A DNA stretch of 64,000 nucleotides from an uncultured virus (IMG/VR IMGVR_UViG_3300044641_005543) (lineage: Duplodnaviria; Heunggongvirae; Uroviricota; Caudoviricetes): IMG/VR virus record IMGVR_UViG_3300044641_005543. The stretch is one strand, 5' to 3'. How positions within the stretch are numbered: position 1 is the stretch's first letter; every line of letters begins with the position of its first letter. The notes under the pieces are model-generated. The model had not been told where the DNA came from. It searched no databases and saw only the letters and a program-made list of their open reading frames with translations. Shown here piece after piece: positions 16,258 to 26,843 of this stretch. Position numbers and translations under genes: made by a program.

Positions 16258-16721
16258 GTGATAATTTTACTATTATAGTTGACACCAGAGAACAGCATCC
16301 GTGGGAATTTCCCTATCATGCTAAAGCTAATAAAAAATTAGATACTGGAGATTATAGTATAGAAGGACTAGAGGATCTACTTTGCATAGAGAGAAAAAAT
16401 GGAATAGCAGAACTTGCTAATAATATGACAGAAAAAAGATTTAAGGACGTTATAGAACGTATGAGCAAATATAAACACGCATATATTCTTATCGAATGCA
16501 ATTATGATCAGATGATGAACTATCCTGTTGGTTCGGATATTCCACAGAAACTATGGAAACATATCAAAATCTCTCCAGCATTTATTATGAAATTTGTTAC
16601 AGAATTATCGATATATCATAATATACATGTCATATTTTGCGGATCTCCTCATTGGGCAGAAAAAACAGCACTATCCATTATGAAAAGAGTTTACGATAAG
16701 TATGTCCCAAATCAAGAATAA
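16254..16721 (+). CDS. ERCC4 (XPF/Mus81-type) domain nuclease
   Basis: VDTREQ, LDTGDYS and IERK motifs. Confidence 0.85.
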   Translation: MSDNFTIIVDTREQHPWEFPYHAKANKKLDTGDYSIEGLEDLLCIERKNGIAELANNMTEKRFKDVIERMSKYKHAYILIECNYDQMMNYPVGSDIPQKLWKHIKISPAFIMKFVTELSIYHNIHVIFCGSPHWAEKTALSIMKRVYDKYVPNQE

Positions 16722-18747
16722 ACATATGTTCGAAGATGCGTGGTTGAATCTTGGAGATCTATCAAAAATAGAGATCTCAGATAATCACATGATTCGTAGA
16801 CAAAAAATTGATATAGAAAATCCTGATTTACATTTAATTAAGTTGATGCGCGATCCTAAATATTTCGGTATGACTTGTAAATTATTATTTGATATAGAAC
16901 TTCATCCTATTCAAATTGCTATATTGCAAGAGTTTTGGATACGTCCGTTTCCAATGTATATTGCTAGTCGTGGCTGGGGTAAGTCGTTTCTTCTAGCGTT
17001 ATATGCTGTATTAAGATGCATATTTAATCCAGGAACTAAAATTGTTATCGTAGGTGCGGCTTTTAGACAAAGTAAAATTATCTTTGAATATATGGAAACT
17101 ATTTGGCGTAATAGTTCAATTTTAAGAAGTATTTTTAATGGTAATGATGATGGTCCAAGACGAGATGTAGACAGATGTACCATTAGATTAGGTGAAAGTT
17201 GGGCGGTGGCTATTCCTATGGGTGATGGTAGCAAAATCAGAGGTTTGCGCGCCCATATTATTATTGCTGACGAATTTGCATCTATTAGTCCTGATATTTA
17301 CGAAACAGTAGTATCAGGGTTCGCAGCAGTTAGCGCTAGTCCAATTCAAAACGTTAAAGAACAAGCTAAGAAAAAAGCCATGAAAGAAGCTGGCATATGG
17401 AATGAAGAACTTGAAAGCCTAGAAACTAAAATGGGTAATCAAGCAATTATTAGCGGAACAGCTGATTATGCTTTCAAACATTTTGCTAGTTATTGGAGAA
17501 GATATAAATCTATTATTGAAAGCCAAGGAGATCAGAGGAAATTAGAAGAAATATTTAATGGGGAAGTTCCTGATAATTTTAATTGGAAAGACTATAGTAT
17601 TATTAGAATTCCATACGAATTAATTCCTGTTGGTTTTATGGATGATAAACAGGTGGCTCGTGCTAAAGCTACTATCCATAGCGGTATATATAACATGGAA
17701 TATGCCGCATGTTTTACAGCAGATAGTGATGGGTTCTTTAAAAGAAGCTTGATAGAAAGTTGTGTTACAGGAGACAATAAAGAAATTATACTACCAAACA
17801 GTAATAAGGTAGTTTTTGATACTCGAATCAAGGGTGATCCATCCAAACAATATATTTACGGTATCGATCCTGCTAGCGAACAAGATAATTTTAGTATAGT
17901 TATTTTAGAATTACATCCAGATCATAATAGAATTGTATATTGTTGGACTACTAATAGAAGTAATTTTAAAGAAAGACAAAAGACAGGACTAGTAGAAGAT
18001 CATGATTTTTATGGTTTTTGTGCTAGAAAAATTCGTAGTTTAATGGAAACATTTACTCCTCTAAAAATAGGTATGGATGCTCAGGGTGGAGGTGTGGCTA
18101 TTGAAGAAGCATTACATGATCCAGATAAATTAAAATCTGGAGAGAAATTAATTTGGCCTATCATAAATTATGATAAAGCTAAAGATACAGACGCTCAACC
18201 AGGATTGCACATACTAGAGTTGGTGCAATTTGCCAAAGCAGATTGGACAGCACAAGCCAATCATGGATTAAGAAAAGATCTAGAAGACAAGGCTATATTA
18301 TTTCCAAGATTCGATAATTTAACTTTAGGCTTGGCCATAGAAGAAGAAGGTAGAAAAATTATAGATGCTGATCTAAATCCAATATATGATACTTTGAGCG
18401 AATGCATATTAGAAATAGAAGAACTTAAAAATGAACTTACAACTATAGTAATGCGTCATACTAGTAGCGGATTTGGAGGACGAGACAGATGGGATACTCC
18501 AGAAGTTAAAAGTGCTAGTGGTAAAAAGGGCCGATTAAGAAAAGACCGTTATAGTGCTTTAATAATTGCAAATATGTTAGCAAGACAAATCAATCGCACA
18601 TTAGCCTCTCCAGACTACAATATTATTGGTGGCAATCTCAAACAGATGCCAACATCCAATAAAAAAGATAACGAGATGTACAAAGGTCCAGAATGGTTTA
18701 CATCTTCAGCCAATGCTGACATATATGGTGGCATTTATAGGAATTAA
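16702..18747 (+). CDS. terL: terminase large subunit
   Basis: ASRGWGKS Walker A, IIADE Walker B, GIDPA nuclease motif, KDRYSA C-terminal motif. Confidence 0.9.
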   Translation: MSQIKNKHMFEDAWLNLGDLSKIEISDNHMIRRQKIDIENPDLHLIKLMRDPKYFGMTCKLLFDIELHPIQIAILQEFWIRPFPMYIASRGWGKSFLLALYAVLRCIFNPGTKIVIVGAAFRQSKIIFEYMETIWRNSSILRSIFNGNDDGPRRDVDRCTIRLGESWAVAIPMGDGSKIRGLRAHIIIADEFASISPDIYETVVSGFAAVSASPIQNVKEQAKKKAMKEAGIWNEELESLETKMGNQAIISGTADYAFKHFASYWRRYKSIIESQGDQRKLEEIFNGEVPDNFNWKDYSIIRIPYELIPVGFMDDKQVARAKATIHSGIYNMEYAACFTADSDGFFKRSLIESCVTGDNKEIILPNSNKVVFDTRIKGDPSKQYIYGIDPASEQDNFSIVILELHPDHNRIVYCWTTNRSNFKERQKTGLVEDHDFYGFCARKIRSLMETFTPLKIGMDAQGGGVAIEEALHDPDKLKSGEKLIWPIINYDKAKDTDAQPGLHILELVQFAKADWTAQANHGLRKDLEDKAILFPRFDNLTLGLAIEEEGRKIIDADLNPIYDTLSECILEIEELKNELTTIVMRHTSSGFGGRDRWDTPEVKSASGKKGRLRKDRYSALIIANMLARQINRTLASPDYNIIGGNLKQMPTSNKKDNEMYKGPEWFTSSANADIYGGIYRN

Positions 18748-18793
18748 TGGTGTAATATAATTACAATACAATTACAATATAAATAGAGTTATT

Positions 18794-20974
18794 ATGGCTA
18801 AAAATTATCCAAAAAGTGAAGCTATCGAAAACGAGTTACTATCAAACGAAGAAGCCTATGTTACTTGGGGTGAAGATTTACAAAGCAAAAAAGACGCCCT
18901 ACAAGTATCATCACAATCATTAGCCGAATATAATGGTATTGGTAAATCTACAGCTCGTCGAACCAGATTAGACTTTTCTGGTCTTGATTCTAATGTTGAT
19001 GGTAGACCAGGACTCACAAAGTCTGACTACTATTCATTCCGTCCAGAAGAAGCTGTTCCTAACAAAGTTAAAAATATTATTCGTAGAGCAGATGAAATTT
19101 ATCAAAGAGTAGGACTAGTAAAGAATGTTATTGACTTGATGGGTGATTTTGCTTCTCAGGGCATCAGAGTTGTTCACCCAAATAAAAGAATAGAACGTTT
19201 TTATAAGGCATGGTTTAAGAAAGTTAATGGTAGAGATCGCAGTGAAAGATTTCTAAATAATTTATATCGTACAGCAAATATAGTAGTTAGTAAACAAACA
19301 GCTAAAATTAGTACAAAAACTATTGATAGAATGTATAGAGCTACGGCTACGGCAGATATTATCAATCCAGAATATGATGATGTTGATATTGATAAAAAAG
19401 AAATTCCTTGGAAGTATACATTTATAGATCCTGTATATGTCGATGTTCTTGGTGGATCTTTATCATCATTTGCTCAGAAAAAAATATATGGAGTTACATT
19501 ACCGTCTTCGCTTAGACGTACTATTAACGCTCCTAAGAATGATGCGGAAAAAAATATTGTAAATCAGTTACCTCAAGATATTTTGGAAGCAGCGAAAACA
19601 AAAAAGCCATACGTATTAAATCCCGACAAGGTTTTAGTTTTTCATTATAAAAAAGATGATTGGCAAGTATGGGCATACCCGATGATATACGCTATCATGG
19701 ATGATATAACAATCTTAGAAAAACTAAAATTAGCTGATATGTGTGCTCTTGATGGAGCTGTTTCTAATATCAGAATTTTCAAATTGGGTAGTCTTGAGCA
19801 CAAGATCGCCCCAACCAAAGCAGCAGCAGCCAAACTGTCAGCAATTTTGGGCAATAACGTTGGAGGCGGAACTATGGATCTCGTTTGGGGTCCAGATATC
19901 GAACTTATTGAAAGCAATACTAATGTTCATAACTTTTTAGGTGAAGGAAAATATACTCCTCATCTTAATAGCGTATATGCTGGACTTGGAATTCCACCAA
20001 CATTAACAGGAACGTTCGGAGCATCCGGAACAACCAATAACTTTATAAGTCTAAAAACACTCACTCAACGACTGCAATATGGGCGTGATGTACTAGTTAA
20101 TTTTTGGGAAAAAGAATTAGAGTTGGTACAAAAGGCTATGGGATTTAAATATCCAGCAAAAATTGAATTCGACAGAATGGATCTTAGCAATGAAGATGCT
20201 GAAAAAGCACTCCTAGTACAACTTGCAGATAGAAACTTAATTAGCGATGAACTGATCCAAATGAAATTCGGCATTGATCCGAATATGGAAAAATATCGCC
20301 TTAATAGAGAAAATAGAGATAGAGATGCTGAACGTATGGTACCTAAAGCTGGTCCTTATTATGATGCTAATTTTGAAAATAATCTTAAGAAGATTGCTTT
20401 ACAGCTTGGAATCGTAACACCAAGTCAAGTAGGATTAGAATTAGATCCTAAAAAACGAGGAGAAATTACTGGACTAGAAATGAAAGCTAAGTTTCCGACG
20501 GCTCCAAAAATTGGTGGAAATCCTGGATCTAGTTCTCCCATTGGAATATCCGGAGAAGGTCGCCCAAAAAATAGTAAAGATTCACAACAAAGAAAAGAAA
20601 GAGATTTCGCCCCAAGAACAGGAGCGTCTTTAGCCATATGGGCAAATGAAGCTCAAGACAAGATCAGCGAAATTGTCAATCCTATGTTATTAGAATTTTA
20701 TAATAAAGATAACCTTAGAAAACTATCTGCTAAAGAAAGTAAAGAACTAGATGATTTTAAAACTAAAATTTTATTAGGACTAGAAATTAATAGTTCTATT
20801 AATGAGATTAATATAAATAAGGCTATAAGTCAAATTAATCATACAGATATTATCTCCAAATTTAATAGTTTAAATTACTGGATCAAACAAATTAGTAACG
20901 AATTAAATCGCACAATTACTAGTGAAGAAAATAAATTAATTAAGTCATCATTTTATTCAGCGGTGTATAGTTAG
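18794..20974 (+). CDS. portal protein
   Basis: position between TerL and protease; 'GLGIPPTL' motif; size. Confidence 0.75.
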   Translation: MAKNYPKSEAIENELLSNEEAYVTWGEDLQSKKDALQVSSQSLAEYNGIGKSTARRTRLDFSGLDSNVDGRPGLTKSDYYSFRPEEAVPNKVKNIIRRADEIYQRVGLVKNVIDLMGDFASQGIRVVHPNKRIERFYKAWFKKVNGRDRSERFLNNLYRTANIVVSKQTAKISTKTIDRMYRATATADIINPEYDDVDIDKKEIPWKYTFIDPVYVDVLGGSLSSFAQKKIYGVTLPSSLRRTINAPKNDAEKNIVNQLPQDILEAAKTKKPYVLNPDKVLVFHYKKDDWQVWAYPMIYAIMDDITILEKLKLADMCALDGAVSNIRIFKLGSLEHKIAPTKAAAAKLSAILGNNVGGGTMDLVWGPDIELIESNTNVHNFLGEGKYTPHLNSVYAGLGIPPTLTGTFGASGTTNNFISLKTLTQRLQYGRDVLVNFWEKELELVQKAMGFKYPAKIEFDRMDLSNEDAEKALLVQLADRNLISDELIQMKFGIDPNMEKYRLNRENRDRDAERMVPKAGPYYDANFENNLKKIALQLGIVTPSQVGLELDPKKRGEITGLEMKAKFPTAPKIGGNPGSSSPIGISGEGRPKNSKDSQQRKERDFAPRTGASLAIWANEAQDKISEIVNPMLLEFYNKDNLRKLSAKESKELDDFKTKILLGLEINSSINEININKAISQINHTDIISKFNSLNYWIKQISNELNRTITSEENKLIKSSFYSAVYS

Positions 20975-20994
20975 TATTATACTGGAGTTATAAA

Positions 20995-22431
20995 ATGCAA
21001 ATATTTCAACAAGAATACGATGATGGTATAGCTGAAAAAATTCAGACATCCGCCAGCATATCATACGCATCTGCAATAGAACCATGCAGTAAAGAGCTAA
21101 AATCTAAAACTTTTAAGGCTTTAGCTTCTGTCAACGACAGTGATTTATATTACACTCAGTCTATTTTAGTAAGTAGCAATTGGAATAAAAATGACGATAT
21201 TTTCGATAAAAATGAAGTATGGGCCGCTCGCCATAGTCCAGAACACAAACCTACAAATCTAGAACATGATGAAGGTTTAATTATTGGCCATATAGTATCA
21301 AACTATCCTGTTACACAAGATGGCATTTTAATTGACGAAAATACACCAATAGAGAATTTACCAGAAAAGTATCATATTTTGACCGGAGCCGTAATCTATA
21401 AATCTTATACCAAACCTGAACTCCAAGAAAGAACCAACAAGCTCATAGCAGAGATTGAGAATGGCTTGAAATACGTGAGCATGGAATGCTTTTTCAAGGG
21501 TTTTGATTATGGATTAATTAATAAAGATACTGGAGAATATAAAGTTTTATCTCGTGATAATAATACAGCATATTTAACTAAATATCTTAGAGCATATGGT
21601 GGTATGGGAGAGCACGAAAACTATAAAATTGGTAGAGTTTTACGAAATATTACATTTAGTGGTAAGGGCTATGTAGACAGACCAGCAAATCCAGATAGTA
21701 TAATATTTAGTAAAGACGAATTTAAATTTTTAGAAAAAAATGACGATTTTACAAAATCAGGTGTAACTATTTTTCAGTCAACCGAACAAACGGAGAATAA
21801 TACAATGAGTGAACAAGCTGAAAATACTGTTGCTGACTGCTCAGAAGCCACAAAGGCTGCTGAATTAGCAGTAACAGAACTCAAGACCGAAATCGAAACT
21901 ATGAAGAATGCTCATGCAGAAACATTGAATAGTCTAACTAGCGAAAAAGATCAGCTTGTAACCGAAAAGGAAGAAGCTGCTAAAAAGATGAAAGACTATG
22001 AAGAAAAAATGAAAAAGATGGAAGCTTCAATAGTCGAACTAGAAACAAAGCTTAATCAAGCTAATGAAGCAGTTGCAGGCTATATGAAGAAAGAAAAGAA
22101 AATGATGCGCAAAGCTGCTCTCATTGAGAACGGTTATGAAGATGATAATCTTGATAACGTACTTGAGAAGTTTGAAAATGTTGACGATGAAACATTTGCT
22201 GCAATGACAGACATGCTCAAGACCAAAAAGAAAAAAGAAGATAAGATGGCCAAGGCTGATGAAGTTGAAGAAACCAATGACATTACCGAGGCTCTTGAAA
22301 ATGTAGAAACAACTGAAGAAATTGTTCCCGTTGTTGGCGGCGAAGAAGTTCCAGAAGTTGATTCAACTCGTGCAGCTCTCGTAGACTTTGTTTGCAACAG
22401 ACTCGGTAAAAAACTTAATAAGGGAGAATAA
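20995..22431 (+). CDS. prohead protease fused to coiled-coil scaffold
   Basis: N.N.D.F, NLEH and VSMEC motifs followed by a charged coiled coil; synteny. Confidence 0.7.
   Translation: MQIFQQEYDDGIAEKIQTSASISYASAIEPCSKELKSKTFKALASVNDSDLYYTQSILVSSNWNKNDDIFDKNEVWAARHSPEHKPTNLEHDEGLIIGHIVSNYPVTQDGILIDENTPIENLPEKYHILTGAVIYKSYTKPELQERTNKLIAEIENGLKYVSMECFFKGFDYGLINKDTGEYKVLSRDNNTAYLTKYLRAYGGMGEHENYKIGRVLRNITFSGKGYVDRPANPDSIIFSKDEFKFLEKNDDFTKSGVTIFQSTEQTENNTMSEQAENTVADCSEATKAAELAVTELKTEIETMKNAHAETLNSLTSEKDQLVTEKEEAAKKMKDYEEKMKKMEASIVELETKLNQANEAVAGYMKKEKKMMRKAALIENGYEDDNLDNVLEKFENVDDETFAAMTDMLKTKKKKEDKMAKADEVEETNDITEALENVETTEEIVPVVGGEEVPEVDSTRAALVDFVCNRLGKKLNKGE
21805..22431 (+). CDS. nested in-frame scaffolding protein
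   Basis: GGAG RBS, in-frame ATG and upstream GGTGTA motif at the domain boundary. Confidence 0.6.
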   Translation: MSEQAENTVADCSEATKAAELAVTELKTEIETMKNAHAETLNSLTSEKDQLVTEKEEAAKKMKDYEEKMKKMEASIVELETKLNQANEAVAGYMKKEKKMMRKAALIENGYEDDNLDNVLEKFENVDDETFAAMTDMLKTKKKKEDKMAKADEVEETNDITEALENVETTEEIVPVVGGEEVPEVDSTRAALVDFVCNRLGKKLNKGE

Positions 22432-22433
22432 CA

Positions 22434-22883
22434 ATGGCTCTTAAACCAGATCGTATTGAACATTTAACAGATATCTCTTTTTTCATGAATACAACAGCTG
22501 AAAGAGGCGGCGTAGTTTCTTTCGTAACAGGTGGTGTAGGCGTATCAATGGACGATGCTGATGCTGTAGTTGCTTATGCAGCAGCTGCTTCTGGCAACGT
22601 TCCAGCAGGCGTACTACTAAATGATGTTGTAAATCTTGATCTAACAAGACAGCATATCAACTGGCACAAAGACGAAGTTCAAGTTGGTGGCAAGGTTACT
22701 CTTCTAAGAGTTGGCCAAGTTACAACTGACCTAGTTGATGGTAGTCCATCTGCTGGTGATTCTGCTTATGTTGGCCCAAGTGGCACAGTATCAACAACAT
22801 CAACAAACGCTGTCAAAATCGGCACATTCCTTAGTGGTAAGGATGCTGATGGTTTCGCTAAAGTCTCAGTTAACATTCAGTAA
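22434..22883 (+). CDS. capsid decoration/cement protein
   Basis: small Gly/Ala/Val-rich protein between scaffold and capsid genes. Confidence 0.65.
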   Translation: MALKPDRIEHLTDISFFMNTTAERGGVVSFVTGGVGVSMDDADAVVAYAAAASGNVPAGVLLNDVVNLDLTRQHINWHKDEVQVGGKVTLLRVGQVTTDLVDGSPSAGDSAYVGPSGTVSTTSTNAVKIGTFLSGKDADGFAKVSVNIQ

Positions 22884-22905
22884 TCAAATTTAATGGAGAA
22901 AAAAA

Positions 22906-23916
22906 ATGTCATCTAATAATCAGACCTTTAAACCAACACCAGAACTTACAGATCTTCTTGTTCGTTCAGGTTCACTGAATAAAGAAGAGGCTTTAGCCGC
23001 AAATGCAGAATTTGCAAAAGCCCTAGAATTACCACTTCGTCAAGGTATTCTAAATGGCGATATTCTTGATAACATTTTCGAACCAATCGTATTGGCTCAA
23101 AGTGCTACTCCTGAATTTCCATTAGATTTCCTTGCTCCTGGTACCGAGAAGGACTTTGTGGCCTACACAATTCCTAATCATGGTTACATTCCAGAGCGTC
23201 ATGTTGAAGGCGATTACGTCATGGTTCCAACCTATGACATTGGCGCCTCAATTGACTACCTCCTAAAGTATGCCCGTGACGCCCGCTGGGACGTTGTTGG
23301 TCGTGCTATGGAAGTTATGGAAGCTCAATTTGTTAAGAAGATGAATGATGACGGCTGGCACACACTACTAGCTGCTGGCGTTGATCGCAATATCGTAGTA
23401 TTCGACAGCGATGCCGATAGCGGTCAATTCACCAAGCGTCTAGTTAGTCTAATGAAGACTGTTATGCGTCGCAATGGTGGCGGTAATAGTGCTAGTAATA
23501 ATCGTGGTCTACTTACAGATCTTTACGTTTCACCAGAAGCTATGGAAGACATTCGCAACTGGGGCGTTGATCAAGTAGACGAAATCACTCGTCGTGAGAT
23601 CTATGTTGCTGCTGATGGTACTCTAAACAGAGTATTCGGCGTCAACCTCCATGATCGTGACGAACTTGGTGAAGGTCAAGAATATCAACTATTCTATGAC
23701 AACGTTCTATCAGCCACTCTTCCAGAAGGCGACGTTGAACTAGTAGTTGGTCTTGATCTACGCAAGAGAGATAGTTTCATAATGCCAGTTCGTGAGCAAG
23801 TTCAAATCTTCGAAGACGATACACTACATCGTCAGAAGAGAGCAGGCTTCTACGGCTGGGCTGAACAAGGCTTTGCTGTTCTCGACAACCGCAGAGTACT
23901 ACTTGGCTCTCTCTAA
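22906..23916 (+). CDS. major capsid protein (HK97-like)
   Basis: 336 aa; strong RBS; biased codon use; synteny; followed by a terminator. Confidence 0.8.
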   Translation: MSSNNQTFKPTPELTDLLVRSGSLNKEEALAANAEFAKALELPLRQGILNGDILDNIFEPIVLAQSATPEFPLDFLAPGTEKDFVAYTIPNHGYIPERHVEGDYVMVPTYDIGASIDYLLKYARDARWDVVGRAMEVMEAQFVKKMNDDGWHTLLAAGVDRNIVVFDSDADSGQFTKRLVSLMKTVMRRNGGGNSASNNRGLLTDLYVSPEAMEDIRNWGVDQVDEITRREIYVAADGTLNRVFGVNLHDRDELGEGQEYQLFYDNVLSATLPEGDVELVVGLDLRKRDSFIMPVREQVQIFEDDTLHRQKRAGFYGWAEQGFAVLDNRRVLLGSL

Positions 23917-23942
23917 TATCAAGTTTTGATTAACTGAAAAAG

Positions 23943-23975
23943 AAAAGGCTGGCCTTTGGGCTGGCCTTTTTTTTT
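23943..23975 (+). terminator. intrinsic terminator after the capsid gene
   Basis: AGGCTGGCC/GGCTGGCCT stem (with GU pairs) followed by a long T-run. Confidence 0.8.
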
Positions 23976-24015
23976 AGGTGTAATATACTTATGGCTCTTT
24001 TTAGAAAGGTTCATT

Positions 24016-24549
24016 ATGTACTGGGAAACCGAAATACCATTAATTATTAGAAATTTAATTAATGACTTATCTACATCTCCAACCTATAGCGATGATAGAT
24101 TAATACAATTAACTGTAATTGCTGCTCAGTATGTTATTATGGAAGTTAATTTTGATAATACTTATACAACTAATGTTGTAGCAACCACCATAAGTCCAGA
24201 TCCTAGCGATCCAGAAGTTAGAGATATAGACTTTATTGGTCTGGTATCTCTTAAAGCGGCCTGTCTATTAGATCAAAGTACATTTAGAACCAAGGCGGCC
24301 GGAGAAGGCCTTAGAGCAGCTTTAGGGCCTGCTAGTTTAAGTGTTAATGGTACACTTGCTGGGTATAGAGATATTTTAAATATGGGTCCGTGCAAGCTAT
24401 ACGAACAATTAGTACTAGATCATAATATTGGTAATGCTACAGCTATTAGAGCAATATTTAGTCCTTTTGTTGGAAATAATTTTGATCCTCAGAATCTTAA
24501 TAATTCAGATTCTAATCATAGTAGATTTAAAAATAATCAATTTTATTAA
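24016..24549 (+). CDS. putative head-tail adaptor
   Basis: AAGG RBS before ATG 24016; synteny. Confidence 0.55.
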   Translation: MYWETEIPLIIRNLINDLSTSPTYSDDRLIQLTVIAAQYVIMEVNFDNTYTTNVVATTISPDPSDPEVRDIDFIGLVSLKAACLLDQSTFRTKAAGEGLRAALGPASLSVNGTLAGYRDILNMGPCKLYEQLVLDHNIGNATAIRAIFSPFVGNNFDPQNLNNSDSNHSRFKNNQFY

Positions 24550-24561
24550 TCAAATAAAAAT

Positions 24562-25092
24562 ATGAGTATATTTACTGGTATTATTACATCGGCCCATAAA
24601 CAAACATTTAAGGACATGATAAATGCCTTATTAGAAGATACTGCATTAACAGTACCTTGTAAATTAGTATTTGAAAATACCAAACTACAAGATTGTCCAA
24701 ATTGTATTTATGATTCAATTAGCAGAAGATCCACCAACAGATACGAACCCGGTGGACCTATACCTTTTATAGATGGACAAATTTGTCCCTATTGCGCCGG
24801 TGTTGGAAGTCTTAGCTTTTCTAATGAAAAAGAGCTATATCTTGGTATTATCAAACCCGCATTTTTTGGTATGGCTCCTCTAGAATTAGAAAGCGTAAAT
24901 TTCGTAGATGGTAAAATACAATCTCTATGCAATATATCACATTATGCCAATATTAAAAATGCATCATATATTATTATAGATACTAATATTACAGATTTAA
25001 GTTTAAATAAATATATTAGATACAGAGATCCTATACCAATGGGTTTTGGAGATAATAGTTTTATAGTTACTACTTGGCAAAGTGTACAGTAA
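24562..25092 (+). CDS. putative head closure/neck protein with two CxxC motifs
   Basis: synteny; CPNC and CPYC. Confidence 0.5.
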   Translation: MSIFTGIITSAHKQTFKDMINALLEDTALTVPCKLVFENTKLQDCPNCIYDSISRRSTNRYEPGGPIPFIDGQICPYCAGVGSLSFSNEKELYLGIIKPAFFGMAPLELESVNFVDGKIQSLCNISHYANIKNASYIIIDTNITDLSLNKYIRYRDPIPMGFGDNSFIVTTWQSVQ

Positions 25093-25733
25093 TGAGTAAT
25101 CTTAATAGCAGAGTATTTATTGTTGAAAATACTAATGAAATTGAAGGTAAAATACTAAGAGCATTAAAACCAGAACTAAATAAGTATTTACAAAATATTT
25201 TTAATCGAGTTAAACCTAAAATTATTAATACTATAATTGATGCTATTAAAAATAGTCCTGAGTATAATTCGTTATTATCTGGTGATTTAAAATATGAATT
25301 TGGTTTACCAGATAGCGATAGTAGACTATCATCTATTATAAACTTTTGGAAAAAAATTAATACAGACTATAAAAGCGTATCAATTAATAATAATAAAATA
25401 TCTGGTGGTTTTAGTATTAATATGATTAGTGGGGATTATTCCGATGTTATTAATTCGTCTGCTGCCGTATTAACAACAGAAAAAGGAGTAGATTTAAATT
25501 GGTTGGAATGGTTATTATTATTTGGCAATCAAACTATTATTAAAGACTATGTTGTAGAATTTGGGGTTAATCCAAGATCTCGTACCGGACGAGCTATCAT
25601 GAGAGGAGTACAAAAAGGCAAGTGGAGTGTTCCTCCAGAATTTGCTGGCACACAAAATAACAATTGGATAACACGAGCCATAGACTCTGTTGATAGTGAA
25701 ATTAATAATATTTTAAAAGAGGCGATGAAATGA
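25092..25733 (+). CDS. putative neck/tail completion protein
   Basis: synteny; TAATG coupling. Confidence 0.45.
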   Translation: MSNLNSRVFIVENTNEIEGKILRALKPELNKYLQNIFNRVKPKIINTIIDAIKNSPEYNSLLSGDLKYEFGLPDSDSRLSSIINFWKKINTDYKSVSINNNKISGGFSINMISGDYSDVINSSAAVLTTEKGVDLNWLEWLLLFGNQTIIKDYVVEFGVNPRSRTGRAIMRGVQKGKWSVPPEFAGTQNNNWITRAIDSVDSEINNILKEAMK

Positions 25734-26797
25734 GTTATAATTTAGGAAATGAAAAATTTAGTGGCGTTGATAATATTGGACAACATTTATTAATGTCACA
25801 GATTGAAAATAATATTAAAAGTTTTCTAGATTGGGGATTCTTAAATATTGGAGGATTTATTAATGTTGCAAAACCCGATCAAAATATATACGGAAATCCT
25901 CTTTCATTACTAAAACCAACGAATGATCCTAATTTTAATAATGGTCAAGTTTGGCAAACTATGAGAAAAGATTGGATATGGGAAGATGATATTTCTTATA
26001 GTAAATGTATAGAACCAGATATTGTTATAACTCCATCGACACCCTGCCCTGTTTCAATTTTAGAAGCAACTCCTTGTCCAGAAGAGTATATTCAATCAAT
26101 ATCTCCAAATCTTATTACTGGTATTTACATTAATAATACTTTTTATCCTTTAAATACTGTTGGAACCTACGCATATAAAGTTGACTATATTAATAGCAGA
26201 ATAGTATTCAATACTGCTATACCACTAAATAGCAAAGTGGAAATGGAATATAGCTATCGGTGGTTACAAATTTATAATTATGATAATGCTCAATGGTGGA
26301 GACAATTACAATATCAAACCGATGCGAACAGTGAACACTTCAAGCAATTAAATAAGGGCGATTTTAGTATATTAAGTAATAATAGAGTACAATTACCAGC
26401 AATTATTATTGAAACAGTTTCAAGAGGACTATCCAAGCCTTGGCAGTTGGGAGATAAATCTCTTGTTATGAAACAAGAATTGCTGCTTCATATAGTATCA
26501 GAAACTATGGCTGATCGTAATAAAATTATAGATATTTTAAGATTACAACAAGATAAAGTAATAAGGATGTATGATACTAATCTGGTTATTAAATACGGAG
26601 TTCAGCCGTTTTTAATAGACGGAACACTAAATCCAAACGCATTAAAATATGATAAATTATTAGAGTGTAAGGTTTATTATTGGAATAGTGCTAGATTAAT
26701 AGATATTTTTGCTAGTGATGTTCAGTCATTTAGTCCATTTTTTGCAGAATCTAGCGTAAAGCTAACAGTAGAGATAATTTTTGATATTCAGAATTAA
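25730..26797 (+). CDS. putative tail terminator/completion protein
   Basis: synteny; 'LPAIII' motif. Confidence 0.45.
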   Translation: MSYNLGNEKFSGVDNIGQHLLMSQIENNIKSFLDWGFLNIGGFINVAKPDQNIYGNPLSLLKPTNDPNFNNGQVWQTMRKDWIWEDDISYSKCIEPDIVITPSTPCPVSILEATPCPEEYIQSISPNLITGIYINNTFYPLNTVGTYAYKVDYINSRIVFNTAIPLNSKVEMEYSYRWLQIYNYDNAQWWRQLQYQTDANSEHFKQLNKGDFSILSNNRVQLPAIIIETVSRGLSKPWQLGDKSLVMKQELLLHIVSETMADRNKIIDILRLQQDKVIRMYDTNLVIKYGVQPFLIDGTLNPNALKYDKLLECKVYYWNSARLIDIFASDVQSFSPFFAESSVKLTVEIIFDIQN

Positions 26798-26843
26798 ATG
26801 GTGTATTAGTTTATAACCAACCATATTTTACTGGAGAATTAAT

